DNA of 64,000 nt from Klebsormidium nitens (lineage: Eukaryota; Plantae; Klebsormidiophyceae). The notes below the pieces were generated by a model, which was not told the origin of the DNA, searched no databases, and worked only from the letters and a program-made list of their open reading frames with translations. The stretch lies in the NCBI GenBank assembly GCA_000708835.1, contig DF237279.1, positions 1-64,000 of the forward strand. The letters are read 5' to 3'. The first letter of the stretch is position 1; every line of letters starts with the position of its first letter. Made by a program: the position numbers and the translations under genes. Of the stretch, positions 1 to 13,800 are shown in pieces.

Positions 1-1869
1 ACGGAAATAAGAATTAACCTAGACAGGACTAAAATAGATTTGGTCAACAATTCTAAACATAAAAGCTACTGGCATCGGATCGCATAACCAAGTTGAATCT
101 GCCCTTCTCAGCTCAACGTCGTCTTGCCCGCACAGGCCACCACTGTATTGCAAACCTGAAAGCCGGATGTATCCAGCTTGTGCGGCTTAACGTTAAAAGC
201 ATTGCGTACTGCCACGTGGCTTCATCGACCCAAGTGAACCCCAGGTGAATGATTGGCGGATCCCCAGATCGTTGGCTTCATCGCCACTAGCTCGACTCTT
301 GCAAAGATAGTAAAAAGTTGAGGGGGGCACCCTTATTGTCAGACGACCTGCTCCGGTATCTGAGTGGCCCGTGGACTGTAGACGAGCCTGTGTCCTCGTG
401 AAAACTAAGCCGTACTTTCGGCAAGAACAGCTGACCAAGAAGAAGCCGATATAGGACGTTCAAGGTTGAAGCCGTGTAACAGAGTACGGAAAAAATCTCC
501 ACAGCAGACCACTATGTCCATCCAAGAGAAAGACCTTTTATATTTTGAGGATAAGTACTGTGTACAGACCCAATCTTCACAAGCAGCACAAGAATGGGGC
601 CAGGCGCGTATTCTACCTTAGGTAGTAGACCCGCGGGGGCCTCTTGAGCGGTCGCAAAATATTGATATGGGTCTGTCACAAAGCGGAAGTTTAACAGACG
701 GGAAGAAGGTTCACGCCACTTTGAAGGGAGGCCAAGGCCGCTAGTCAAAGGCGTATACTCAGCAAGGAATGGAAGCTTGAACTACTTGCTTCGCTGGTGC
801 TTGGCCTTGTCGATAGCGCTGAGTTTGCCAAACGTGCTCGGACATAACTGACTGCAGGAGTGCACTGCAGAGGACGTCTTCTGCTTGTAAGTAACAGCAA
901 CTGAGCGGCATAACAGAGTCACGAGCAAAGCAGCTCACAAAGCAGCAGCTGATGTGTCGTCATCTGAAGCAAAGCAGCATCAGCAACCCGGTTTGCATAC
1001 ACAGATTGGGGCGGTAGCCCAGAGGACTGCTACCCTCATTTGCTGCCGAACTCCGTAAACCGTCGTTGGTGATCGCCTTTACGATTGGTGTCATACGCTA
1101 AGTGAAGATTGTATGGGAGCGCGAAAAGCGAGTCATGGAACAGGCGGAAAATGCTGTCACACGCATACAATTGCATGTTGACGTATAGGGCAACTTCGGG
1201 CGTCCACAACAGGAAACACACGTGCTATACTGCGGCTGAGATTCAAACCAACAAGCTGCCTGGAAGGGACACGCATTGTTAGCATGACCAAAAATAAGCC
1301 ATGTCAACCGCTGTTTCGAGAACGTTTGTTTGAAATCAACGTGAGATCTCACAGTGCCGGCTCTTCGAAATACCTCTGAGGCACTCTTATGCCGCCAGCC
1401 CCATAGGGCTGTCGTCGTTGCCGAGCTTTCAAGTTTGAAAGTAAGCCACTCCGAGCATGTGGCGATCGTGATAGACCGTGAAATGAGCTTTTGTTCTAAG
1501 ATCACTTCGCCACTCGCGTCCGAGTCATTCTCACCAATTCGAGGAGGAACGACCCAGGTGGAAAAAAAGAACCTCTTTTCATTCTGAGCAGACTTTACGA
1601 TCAAGAAGAGGAGTCGAGGGCATTTCAAATTAAGAGGTAAAGAGCAGCTGGGTGACCTCTGCTAACAATCACTTTGCCGCTTGCGTCAATCTCACCCAAT
1701 CGAGAAGGAACAACGCAGGTAGAAAGAGACAAACCTCTCACCATTCTGGGCAGACCTTACGATCAAGGAGAGGAGTCTAGGGCGTTCCAACTTTTACGGG
1801 TCAGAACGCGGCAGATTTTTACAAGGCGGTCACAGGGCCTGCTCCATCTTCGCTTACAATGTTTTGTCC

Positions 1870-4800
1870 GAGGACGCCTTCCGAATCCAGCCTCACCTTG
1901 ACCGGGCATGCAACGCGTCAAGCCCAAACCCATTCATTCCTACCCCGCTACGTGAACATGCAACTACTTTGTGCATGTCTGCAGGCCGCCTGTAACCTGG
2001 CTCCTGAAAAAGAGGTACCCTCATCCCTGGGCAATGAATGGCCAGGTAACAAAAATTCATGGCCGAGACCTCTACATTCCATAAACCATAGCGACCCTCA
2101 GCGTCAGGTGGCCCAACAATAACTACAGGATCGACAACGAACGAACTTCTTGGACATTGGAGGGTGCTAGACAGAGGCCTGCGCACGCTTTGCAGCCGAG
2201 TCATGCAGAATGATGAACCCAAAAATGGTGAAAGGAGTGCGGCAAGACTTGTGAAAGACTGCAAACACGCCTGTACTGCCTGTTTTTGTGGGTCCAAATG
2301 CACTCTTGCATCCTTCTTTTGGAGGGGACTCGCAGACAGACACCCCTCAAACCCGGCCCAACATGGCATTGGACATCGAGTCTCTGACGGATCAACCGAT
2401 TAAACGCAACCTTCGGACTTTCAATGAGCCCCTCACAGGCAGAAAGAACCTCAACCCTCAGAGAAGTGCGACGTGACAGTAACCGTCGGTTTCACCAAAG
2501 TGGAATCACGATGTTCTATTAAAGTCGATTAAGACCTACGCCCAGCCGAGGGCACTCTTAGCGCGAGTGGTTGTTGGATCAAGCAAACTCGATTCGCAAG
2601 ACCAGAGCTGAAGGAGCGGGCTGGCAAAAGCTTGCGAGAAGCTTGCGGAACGGGTTCACTCTGAGTTTATCGACAAGCATCTGAAGACCATCCCAGAAAA
2701 TAATTGTTAGCATGCAGTACTGCCCGACAAATCGGCTTCAATGCAAGATAGGTCGATTCGCTCGCTCAAGAAATTAGCCAGCAGCAATCAATCGGTCTTT
2801 ACATTCAGGTAAGGATACTAAATTGGATTGCAAGTGATGATCTGAGCTCCACAACTTTGCAAAGCAGCATCTGGCGTTATGGCGTCTACAGAGGACCATG
2901 CTGAGATCCAAGGTCTCTCAATCATCTCTCGTCATTGCTTAAAGATCCCACCCCTTATCCTAGAATTAACAGACACAGGGTGTGGTTGATATTCGCACAA
3001 AGGCTCTCGCCCACAGAACCAGTGCTTCCAAAGTAGGCCAAATAACGGAAACTAGATTGAGAAGACTTGTCTCAAATCAATAAAGAATCGGGTCCTAGGT
3101 CGAGCACCAGGCGTCCGGCCAGGAAAATCTTAAGTAGAGCCCTCGGACTCAATCGAGTTGATTCGGTCAGAGAGAATGAGGACAGCCCACTGAGACCCAT
3201 TCTCGTCGTGCGGGAATGCGTACATTATCATTTGAGAGCCATGCTGACGGAAAGTAATTCGATGATGGCAACAAAGCTTGGGAATCAGTCACCGGCTCCG
3301 AGTTGCTTACGCTGTACTTGTTTGGGCTGACGGCCCAATAAGATCAACCCCTCGATGAAGTCACTAGTCGTCCTGGCCGATCGAGCGACTGGGAGTTAGC
3401 ACGGGGCTTGTAGCTCATCCCTGTTTTCAGAAGAAAGACTTACATTGAGAAAGAGATGAGAGGGACAATCTTCGACAGCGAACAGCTCCGGAAAAAGCAT
3501 GGTGCAGCCTTTAGCCGCTTTCATGTGCTCTTTTGCGGCGACGAAAAGGGGAGCATACTGTTCAGCGACAAGAAGTGACGCCTCGGCGACAACGACTCGG
3601 GTGCTCGGGAGAGGAGACCGTGAGCGCACACACGACTATATCCGCTGGTGACGCTGGTGCGAATGGTGCACGAGAAAGATTGATAAGCGACGCTAAGCAA
3701 CCCGGGGAATCTGCGGGGGACGAGTTCATCAGACATCCTGGCAACGATCAATTCAGTTGGCGCGGCAATAACTTTGTTGCGCTGTGTGCCGTTGAATCTG
3801 GGACGAATACAAAGGAAGGTTTTCGAGGGCAGAAAGCGTCACAGAAAGCATCTCAAACAAAGCTCAACATCTCCGTTTCTGACACCTTGAATGTCTTCAG
3901 AATCTAAAACCTACGGCACAATTCCTAGCCGTATGATTGGTGCACGTGCCAGGTGGCTCTGTTCATCATCAAAAGATGGAACCAGACAGTGCCCGTCGAC
4001 GGACTTGAACCAGGAGGACAAGGGGAGACCTTAGGCATAAGGATGGCGTGACGACTGAAGAGCGGAAGATTCAGCAAGCGCAAGGTGCAACGACTGCCTT
4101 TTCAACTTCAAAAACCCTCAACGTTAGGTGTTAGAAAGGATATAGGAGTGACAACGAAGATCTTGGAGCTTAAAATTCGCACCCAGTGAACGGATGCGCG
4201 CGTATTCGTTGCAGCCGGGTCAATATGCAGGCACGTAACGGGGGGCATCGCAGGAGTGCGACAAGAGTTTGGCAGGGCAGCCTGAGAAACGCCTACGAAC
4301 ATGCATTCAATGACTTCGCTGTCTCTCTTGCGAAGGTCCAAATGCACTCTGCATCGTTGCTTTGGAGCTAGGGGACTCGCACTGGACATGCAATCCTCAA
4401 ATTCGGGGCAACATGACAGAACACATCAGTCTCTGACGAAGGGACTTTTGTATCAGCCACCCACGAGGAGAGAGAACCCAATTTCACAAAGAAGTGCGAC
4501 GCAACCGTGACGGTATCACCAGACCGGTATCCACCTTCTATATTGAATTTATCAAAGCTAGAGCCACCGCAGGTCCAGCCGAGTGCACTCATAGCGCGAG
4601 TGATTGCCTGATCAAGCAAACTCAACTAGCAAGACCAGAGCTAAGGCAGCGGGGCTCGCAAAAGCTTGCGACGTAGCTTGCGAGACGGGTCGCTCGTTCA
4701 CTCCATAAACGAGCATTTGGAGACCATCCTAGACATTTGACCAGTAGCTTGCACTGCCTGATCAATCAGCATTAACGTGAGAACGTCGTCTGCGCTAGCT

Positions 4801-7800
4801 CAACGGCCTGGCCGGCAGCCGCCACTTAATCTTTACAATCAACTAAGAGTACTCGAGCTGCATTGCAGTGATCTTCAGAGCGCTACATAAACTTTTCAAA
4901 GCAGCATCTGGCCTGGCGTAATCGACATCTGAGATCAATGTCTCACACATTAATACTGCTGCAAGATTCCCACCACTTGCTAGTATTGAGTTCCACGAGA
5001 TGGATCAACCCCATCCGCAAAAACGCTTTTACCGACGACCTAATAAGGAACGGGTCTAATACAGAACGCCAGGCGCCAAACAGATAAGTAGAGCCCTTGA
5101 GAACTCAATAATTCCTCATTCAAGTTGGTGCAACTCTCGCGGAAGGAGGAACCGTTTATCGGAAGCCTTCTCGTCGTACGGAGAGCATATGGGATCACAG
5201 AGCCATGCAGACCAAAACTTTGATGATGGCGACAGATTTCAATAGGAATCCAGTCACTGGCTCCAAAACGCCGGCCTATTTCTGAGGGCTGACCGCCCAG
5301 TAAGATCAGAACCCCCGTGCACACGGTCGTCCTGGCCAAGCAAGCAGGACTTGACCCGCGGGCCTTGTAGCTGAAACCTCTTTTCAAACGGAAGACATAC
5401 ACCGGGGAACAGGTTGAACGAAGAAAGCTTGAAAACGACAGCTCCGGACGAAAAAGCAGTATGCTATAAGCATTTAGCCCATTTCACGGGCTGTTTTGCG
5501 GCGACGAGTAAGGGCGCCAACTGTAGTGACGAGAATTCACGCCTTGGCGACAACGACTCGGACGCTCGGAAAAAGAAACCGACGTGAGCGCACACACGAG
5601 TTGATCCGCTGGTGTAAACGGTGCACGGGAAAGCTCCGGTCACGAGCAACGAGAAGGGATCCATCAGACTTGCAGGGACAATCTCATCGAAGATCCTGCT
5701 AACAATTGTCTCAGTTGGAGCGGCAAAAACGTGTCAAGCTGTGCGCCGCCGAAGCTCGACCAAAGAATTTAAGAGAATGTGTTCGATGGCAGAAAGCTCA
5801 CAGGAAGCCTTATATCACACAAAGCTATTTTTGTCGAGTCCGCTTCTTACACCTCAAAATTGTTTGGAAATAAGAAATCCACGGAAGGATTCCTAACCAT
5901 CTCAAATGTGCACGTGCCAGCTCGTTTTGTTCATTAACAAAACGAGGAATTAACAAAACGAGGAATCAGGCAGTGCTCGTCGAGGGAAAGACACCCGAAA
6001 GGGAGAAAGTGGGAAAGGACTAGGCAAACGGATATGAGACGAATGGAGAGCAGAACACTTAGCCCGCGCGAGGTGCAACGGTGTCAAATTTTTTACGTTT
6101 CAAGCCTGAGCCTCGCTTGGGAAAAAATATGATTCTGACCTTTATCGAAGAAGAGATTACTGCTCACAGAGTCGGCACACTTTACATGAGGAGGATCAGT
6201 GCCGGGAAGGTATCCACAATCTCGACTCTGCTACATACGAATGACATTTAGGAATAGAGTACTTCTTTTGCGGAATCAGCGGAGATGCAGGTGATTTGGA
6301 GCTTTGCAGCTGGCTTCGAGAACAGTAATCAGGCTCCCGTAGGGAGAATTGTAATTGCAAGACTCCCCTCTCGTGCGTCTTCCTCGCCAGAATGATTCCG
6401 TGTGGTGAAAAGTGTTGGTTGAATCTATCCCTTTTCAGACGGACAATCAAACAAATGGCGCATGCCGACGAATCTAGTATTTCCAAGAACATCAAAAGCA
6501 TTACTAGCGTGAGCGCCCAAACAGGAAGCTGTTCAAGGAGGCATCAGTTTGAGGATCCAGACATTGAGCGTCGCAAGGTTGCTCAGAAGCGGGTCACGTT
6601 GCCAACCATCATGGCCGAGAAAAAGTGGAAGGTCTGAAGGCCCGCTTGAGCACAATCTGACAGTCACAGAATCTGAAGTCCGTCCAGCACTATAAACCTC
6701 GGCCCATTTTGAAATTGCCGTTTTGAGATTGTGCTGATCTCAAATAGCAAGGAAAGTCAGATCACGACAATCTTATAGTTTAGCACTTTTGAGATCGCGC
6801 TGATCTCAAAAGCAGCGCCGTTTGCGATCGCGGTTTGAGTCCACAATCTCATATGCATTTTGCGTTTCTGAGATCGGCGTAATCTCAAAATGAGCGGAAA
6901 CGAGGACGGCGCAATGTCTAGACGTGCCCATTCTGAGACTGAGGTGATCTTTAAGCACCTGCAGGAGACAAAGCAACGCACGCCAACGTAGTCTGCGGAG
7001 ACGTCAAGAGGACCAACTCGGCCGAGATTCACGGCATCACAATGCTTGAATTGCATTGGCGCCAGGCACCGCTTCCGCAAGAGAACAGGCCCTAAAGGGT
7101 GTGCACGATTGAGTGTAGTTGAATGCAGGAGAGCTCAGGCTGCAACATCGCCAAGGCTAGATCATCAGCACTGATGGGAACGTCACAACGTTTGCACGCT
7201 TGGATCAGAAGATACTGGGAGAGACCCGAGTACTCAGCACCTCGCATGACGATTGCGAGCCGTACAAAATGCCTGGCTCCGTCGCATGAGCCGAAGTGCT
7301 GTGAGCTAGCTTTCCGTGCTCAATTATTTGCTCGTCCTGGCCAGCTCAGCGTGTGAGACGTGTCTGCCCAAGTTACCAGACGCGGTGCAAACCTGCCGTT
7401 TCTGAAAACGCTTGAAAGGTGAGGCGAGACTGCTTTCATAGTCAGACAATACATAGTGCCAATTTCTTCAGCCGACGTGACCCCATGGCTTAAAATGGTT
7501 GGGCCTTTTATGTCCTGATGAAAGTCCGGGGACCGCGTTTTCACCTCTATCCCTTGCAAGTCGTACCTTATACGGAGGCCAGACAAAAGACACAAACACG
7601 TCCTCTGCCAGGATTGCGGAAGACATCGAAGGTGGTCGTACAGAACAGACAAAGACGTGTATGACGTGGCGGGGACGTTTGGCATCCGAATCTGCATGGA
7701 AGTTGGGCTGGTCTGAGCTTTCTAGGGCGCTCAGAAGCCTGCCATCATTTTCTACCCAGGGGACAAGCTGAAAGCCCACGTCAATAAGAACAAGGAAAAC

Positions 7801-10800
7801 GGTACAGATTCAGCAGGATAAGGAGAGACTGTGGTTCACGCCTGTGACTCGCGTAGCTAGCAGAACGTGAGTGTCTAAACGGTGGCTGACCCGGAGGTTT
7901 GCGATTTGTCCCGGAGCTCCCTTGGCATCCACATGAGGTGGATAGAACAAAAGCTCGCGAAGACTGTGTAACGGAGCAGGAACCACGTCGGGGAATTCAG
8001 GCCGCCTTGGAAAGTCTTTATCCAGCACAACAATGTCAAAGTCAGCACTTGAGCGGGGCTGCATCAAATTCTGATCGTGCCCGGAGAGCAACCCGGTAAA
8101 ACCAGAGTTTCCAACACACAGGGGCTCCACGAACCCAGAAAAATGAGCGGGAGAATGTTTGTTTAAAGTTCGATCCTACCCCAGCAACAGTTTAACATGT
8201 ACGTGCCTTGTATAAAGCACCCCGTTGAATGAGCATACCTTGAACAAGAGCCGCACGGAGGAGTCTGCCCGGCTGTTATTGGACTCGAACTGGCATCAAA
8301 CGTAACTTAAGGATGGGACGTAAAAATGTAAGCTAAGGGCTGTTTGAAGCTCAGATTGTAGCCAATCAGAGCATGTCGTGGAACAAAATTTGAAAGATCA
8401 CCAAATTAAGGGAGCCACTGGCATCCATATCGAAGTCAGGTTTGGGAACTGGAGAGTGCGATTCCAAGTCCATGAACATCATTGCCAGCAAAGCCTGAAC
8501 ACTCCGGCCGAACCGGACCCAAGCTTGCATGTTTGAAGCCGAAGACCTGTGCCTCTCTTTCCCCACGTCGGCACTCCCGGACTCGCACGCCGCCAGTCCG
8601 TGCTGAGTTGGACTTGTTGTGAAGAGCACTGTTTTGATCTGTCCCTTGCGGAACGAGACGCAAACAAAGAGCACGAACGGTTTTCTCCTATCTGACTGCC
8701 GCTGTGGATTCGAACGTTGGATCGTCTACGGTGGCTTCAGGCAGCCGCAGGAATAGAGGCATGAGCGCCCAAGGTTGCTCAAGAGTCTGCCATCACGGCC
8801 GAAGTCAAGAGAGGCCTGAAGAGAATTCGCTCGACGAAAAGAAACCGGCAAGAAGGGGAATACACATCTCGCATCAAAAGACCAGATTCAAGCTGTTGAC
8901 TTGTGTCACTGAGAAGACCGTGTGCAGGACCGATTTAACGTGGGGGGCTGGGAAGAGCGCAAATGTAACGGATGTCTTTGCTCAATGATCATAGCAAACA
9001 GCCGGGAAACCACACAACAAAGTCCACTGAGTTTGGACGCGGAACAACAAATTGCGGGGCGGTCGGAGTAAACGATATCTGCAAACATCAAAGGGGTTTG
9101 ATGAAGGCTTTCCGGAAGCTTTTTTTGTCTACTCCTCGCTCCAAAGCTTGCGCAAAGAGCTCACCGTGATTGTTGTCAATACCCTACTGAGAAGCAATCA
9201 GCGAAAAACATGGCTTCACGAATCCCACCTCATTCACGAGTCCCACCTCAGAATCTCGACACGAATCTTTACGGTGGGATGAGCGACCAGGCGCGCCACG
9301 CCCTCTCAAAGTACCAACGAGAATGCAGAGGATACCCCTAGACGAACGAAGTTCTCTCTAACGATGTGCAGAACGTGCAACCGTAAACCCTGTACATTGC
9401 CAAACAAATAAGCTCCGACGAACTAACCACTGTCGTCCGTTCTAGATACAGCAAAAACTGATTCTGGAAGCCGTACTCATCGTTTGCGTTGGAATCCATC
9501 CCCGGAGCCTAACAATAAAGCCCGAACCGAGTCAAACAAATGCGTCACATGGCTCATTCACGATCTGGGCGGGCATAGCCATATCAAGGCCAAAATTGCA
9601 AATCATGACCACAAGTGATCCAATCATGATACTTACAGCCCAAAAGCTCAGCACGGCTCCAGTAGACAGCACGAAACGAAAGCCCGAAGCTGGACACTCC
9701 ATCACCTTCACACGAAGAAAGGACGTTGCCAGATGCTGACGGTAGTTTGCTGATAGAACGTCAATCCTTGCATTTGATCACATGCCATGATGTGTCTGGG
9801 TGGCTCCGAGTGAACGAAAAGGAGAACTGAGCCCTCAGGTACTCATGTCTTCTCCCGTCCTAGCCTGCCCTGTGACAAGTGGAGCAAGCAACCTGAAAGC
9901 CAATCCTGCAAGACGAAAACCGCAAGCTCTAGTCCAGTATTGGAACACAGTTGCTTCGCCATGCGTGTTCCGCTCCTTCAGGTGTTGCTATGTCAGCAAG
10001 TATGCGAAGAGTTCTGAACAGAGCACAGGCTGTTGAAAGCAGCATATGACGTCACTCTGTAACAGATCACCGAAAAATCAAGATCTCAGTCATCGACATC
10101 GTCATTGTTGAAAGATGCCCACCCCTTATTGTAGAGGTTACAAAGACGGAATCTGCCTAATATATACTACAACGCTTTTACCCGCGGAGCTGTTAGAGAA
10201 ACGGGTCCTAGGACACCAGGAAAATAAGCAGAGCCCTCGGACTCAACAAGTGGGTGGTCAAACGAAAGGAGGACCGCTGGTTAAAATCCCTTCTCCTTGT
10301 GCGAAGTTGCCTACAGGATCACAACGCCATGCAGACCAAAACTTCTATGATGGCAACAGATCTTGAGATTCGAGCCTACTGGCTCTGGATTGTGACACCA
10401 TACTTCTGGGGGCTGACCGCCCAATACGATCGATACCCCCCTGAAGTCAGTCGTCCTGGCCGATCGAGCGACTGGGAGTTGTGCCCGGGGCTTATAGCTG
10501 AAAGCTCTCTTCAAAAAGAACTATAGACCGGGAAGCATATTGGACTGACAAAACCTGGAAACAAACACCTCCGGACTGAGAAAGCAATGTGCATATGGGC
10601 ACAATGCCGCTTTCAAGTGCTGTCTGCGGCGAAGAAGATGGGAGCCAAATGTGCAAGCGACAAGAAGTTACACCTTTGCAACGAGTTGGCAACGACTCGG
10701 ACGCTCGGAAAAAGCGACCGTGAGCGAACACACTGGTCGAACCGCTGGTGCAAACGGTGCACGAGAAGGATTTATTAGCGACGAAAAGCTATTCATCAGA

Positions 10801-13800
10801 CTTGCTGCGGACGATTTATTAGATCTCCTGCCAACGATCCAAATGGCGCGGCAACAACGTGTCAATCTGTGCGCCGCCGAAGGCAAGGAAATGCGTTCGA
10901 GGCCAGGAAGCGTTACAGAAAGCGTATAACCTGTTAAGAACCTACACATCTCCGGCAGGTTTCTGAGCCGTTCGATTTGATTGTGCACGTGCCAGGTGGC
11001 TATGCTCATCACCACAACTTGGCATCAGGCAGAGCCCGTCGAAGCAAAAATACTTCAAACAGAAGGAGGTGAGGAACTCTCCGGCGAATGGATGTCGTAA
11101 TGATAGGAGAGCAAAGAATTCAGCGCACGCGAGGTGCAACGGTGTCAAGCATCCAAATGCGACGTAAGCCAGGGGCTCGCCTTGAAAGACGAAGCCTGGT
11201 TTCAGTTTCTTTGAAGAGAGGATATACTGCTTACGAGTCAGCACAGTAGAAGAGTAGAACATCATCAGATCAGCAAATGGCAAGGTATCCAGGATCTCGA
11301 ATCCTGGCCCTACCGGATTTCGCTTCTGAAATCCGGCCCTACCGCGACTTGGCCACGCGTCAAGCCCAAGCCCACTAATGCTTACCGACCCACGAGAACA
11401 ACTGTTCCAAATCATATACGTTAATTGGCCGGCTGTCACCTGGCTCCTAAAACAGACATGACTTTCACCCATGGCCAATTGATGACCAGGCAACGAAAAG
11501 TCACGGCCCAAAACTCTACTTTTCACAACCTTCAAAAACATTCATTGTCAGGTGGTAAATTTCGCAAGAGTCAAAAACGAGAATCTCGGAACTCGAAACC
11601 CGCACCGGCACTGAACGGAGCTGGCGGGCGCACTCTTCGCAGCCGGGTCGATATGCAGGCACGTAACGTGGGGCATCGCAGGAGTGCGGCAAGATCTTGG
11701 CAGAGGGCCTGAGAGACGCCGCCCTGCAAAGATGCATGCAATAGCGCCGTCTCTCTTGCGAAGGTCCAAATGCTCTCTGCATCTTTACTTCGGAGGCGAC
11801 TCGCCGACAGGCACTACTCAAACACGGGGTAACATGGCAATCCACGTTAGTCTCTGACGAAGCAACCATCCTTCGGAATCTCGACTCAGCCACTCACGAG
11901 GAGAGCGATTAACCGAAACGATTAGTGACGTGCGACGCGGCCGTGACGGTGTCACCAGCAGAGCGCAAGTTGAGCTTTCATTCAAAGTCCATCGAGAGCC
12001 ACGTCCAACCAAGTGCACTCGTAGCGCGAGTGGTTATCTGATCAAAGAAACTTAATTCGCACGACAGAGCTTAGGCAGCGGTCCGATTAGTGTTCCGGCC
12101 ACTCGAACACTAATCAACAGCATGCACTGCCCACTGAAGCAGTACCAATGATCAATATACGTGTTTTTAGCTCGCTTCACGGGGTGGCCAGCAGCCACCA
12201 GTTGGTTTTTACGGTCAATAATCAAGTAATTACTGTAGGCTGCATTGCAATTGATGATCGGAGCCCTGCATGAACTGTCAATCAGAGCAGCATCCGGCCT
12301 GACGGTACGAACTGCTTATGAGCTCTCTAAAGTCTCAAACGTCGATTTCGTCATTGCTGCAAGATGCCCACCTCTTATTGTAGAGTTACCAGAGACGTAA
12401 TGTCGCCAATATCTGCACGAACAAATATAGCCACGAAGCTAGTAAAGAAGGGGTTCAAAGACCGGAAACCAGAGAGCCAAGTAGAGCCCTCGGACCGTTA
12501 AGTTTGTGCGATCACGGCGGAAGGAGGGCCATTATATGAAAGCCCTCCTCGTCGTGCGGAGTTGCGTACCAAACTACAGAACCATGACTTCGATGATGGT
12601 GACAATTCTTAGGAACACAATGACTGGCTTCGATTGGACTCACAATGCCTTTGGGGGTTGACCGCCCAGTAGACTTAGGTCCAACCCCCCATGATCGAGT
12701 CAGTCGTCCTGGCCAAGCGATTCGGATCGAGTTGAGCACCCGGGGCTTGTAGCCGGAACCCCTCCTTTGAGAAGAAAGAATTTACAGCGAGATATCGATT
12801 GGGCTGACAAATCCCCGTAAAACATACAGCTCTGGACAAGAAAGCGGTGTCACCTATGAGCACTTCACCGCTTACACGTAATGGTTTGCGGCGACGGAGG
12901 AAGGGAGCCAACTGTTCAAGCGACAAGAAGTCGAACATTGGCAACAGCGACTCGGACGCTTAGGGAAGGAGACCGTCAGCGCACACGCGAGTCAAACCGC
13001 TGGTGCAAACGGTTCACGAGAAAGATTCATTCATAAGCAACGAAAGGGATTCCATCAGACTTGCAGTGGACAATTTCATCAGAGATCCTGCCAACGATCC
13101 TTTCAATTGGCGTGGCGACAACGAGTCGAGCTGTGCGCCGCCGAAGCTGAAACGAAGACATGGGATGTGTTCGAGGACAAGAAGCGTCACAGGAAACGGA
13201 TCACACAAAGCGTGAGCTGTAGTTCTGACGGCTGCATAAAGGGCCTAGATTCCTAGGGCAGAAATTGTAGCCGTCGTTTGGTGTACGTGCCAGGTGGCCG
13301 CTATAGATATTCATCATCACGACTTTGGAATGAGGCAGTGCCCGTCGAGGGTAAAACATGCACTTCAAATAGTCGGAGGTGGGGATATCTCGGACGAAAT
13401 ATCGTGGTCATTGCAGAGCAAATGATCGAGCGCGCGCGAGGTGCAACAGTGTCGAGGCTTCACGTACTTCTCACCAAGGCCAGGCCTCGTCTTGGAAAAA
13501 GACGCTTGATTTCAACTACTTATCAAAGAGGAGATGCTGCTCACGGAGTCAGCACGGTTTAAAATGAGGGGGATCAATAGAATGCGAAGGCATCCACAAT
13601 TTCAAACTTCCAAACAAAAAGACATACGCAATACAGTACAGCTTCGCGAAATCAGCAAGAATGTGAGGTTTACAGCTGGCTTCAGAGAACATTACGCTTC
13701 CTAACTGGGAGAATCTTAAGTGAACCCCTCCCGTCTCGTGCGTCTTCCCGGCCAGCATGGTTCAGCAACATCGCCAAAGGCTAGATAGTTCTTGCAGATG

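Noticed and set aside
6700-6955. CRISPR array
   Set aside because: The spacing is CRISPR-like, but there are only four degenerate copies, the context is eukaryotic and no cas-like ORF is present.
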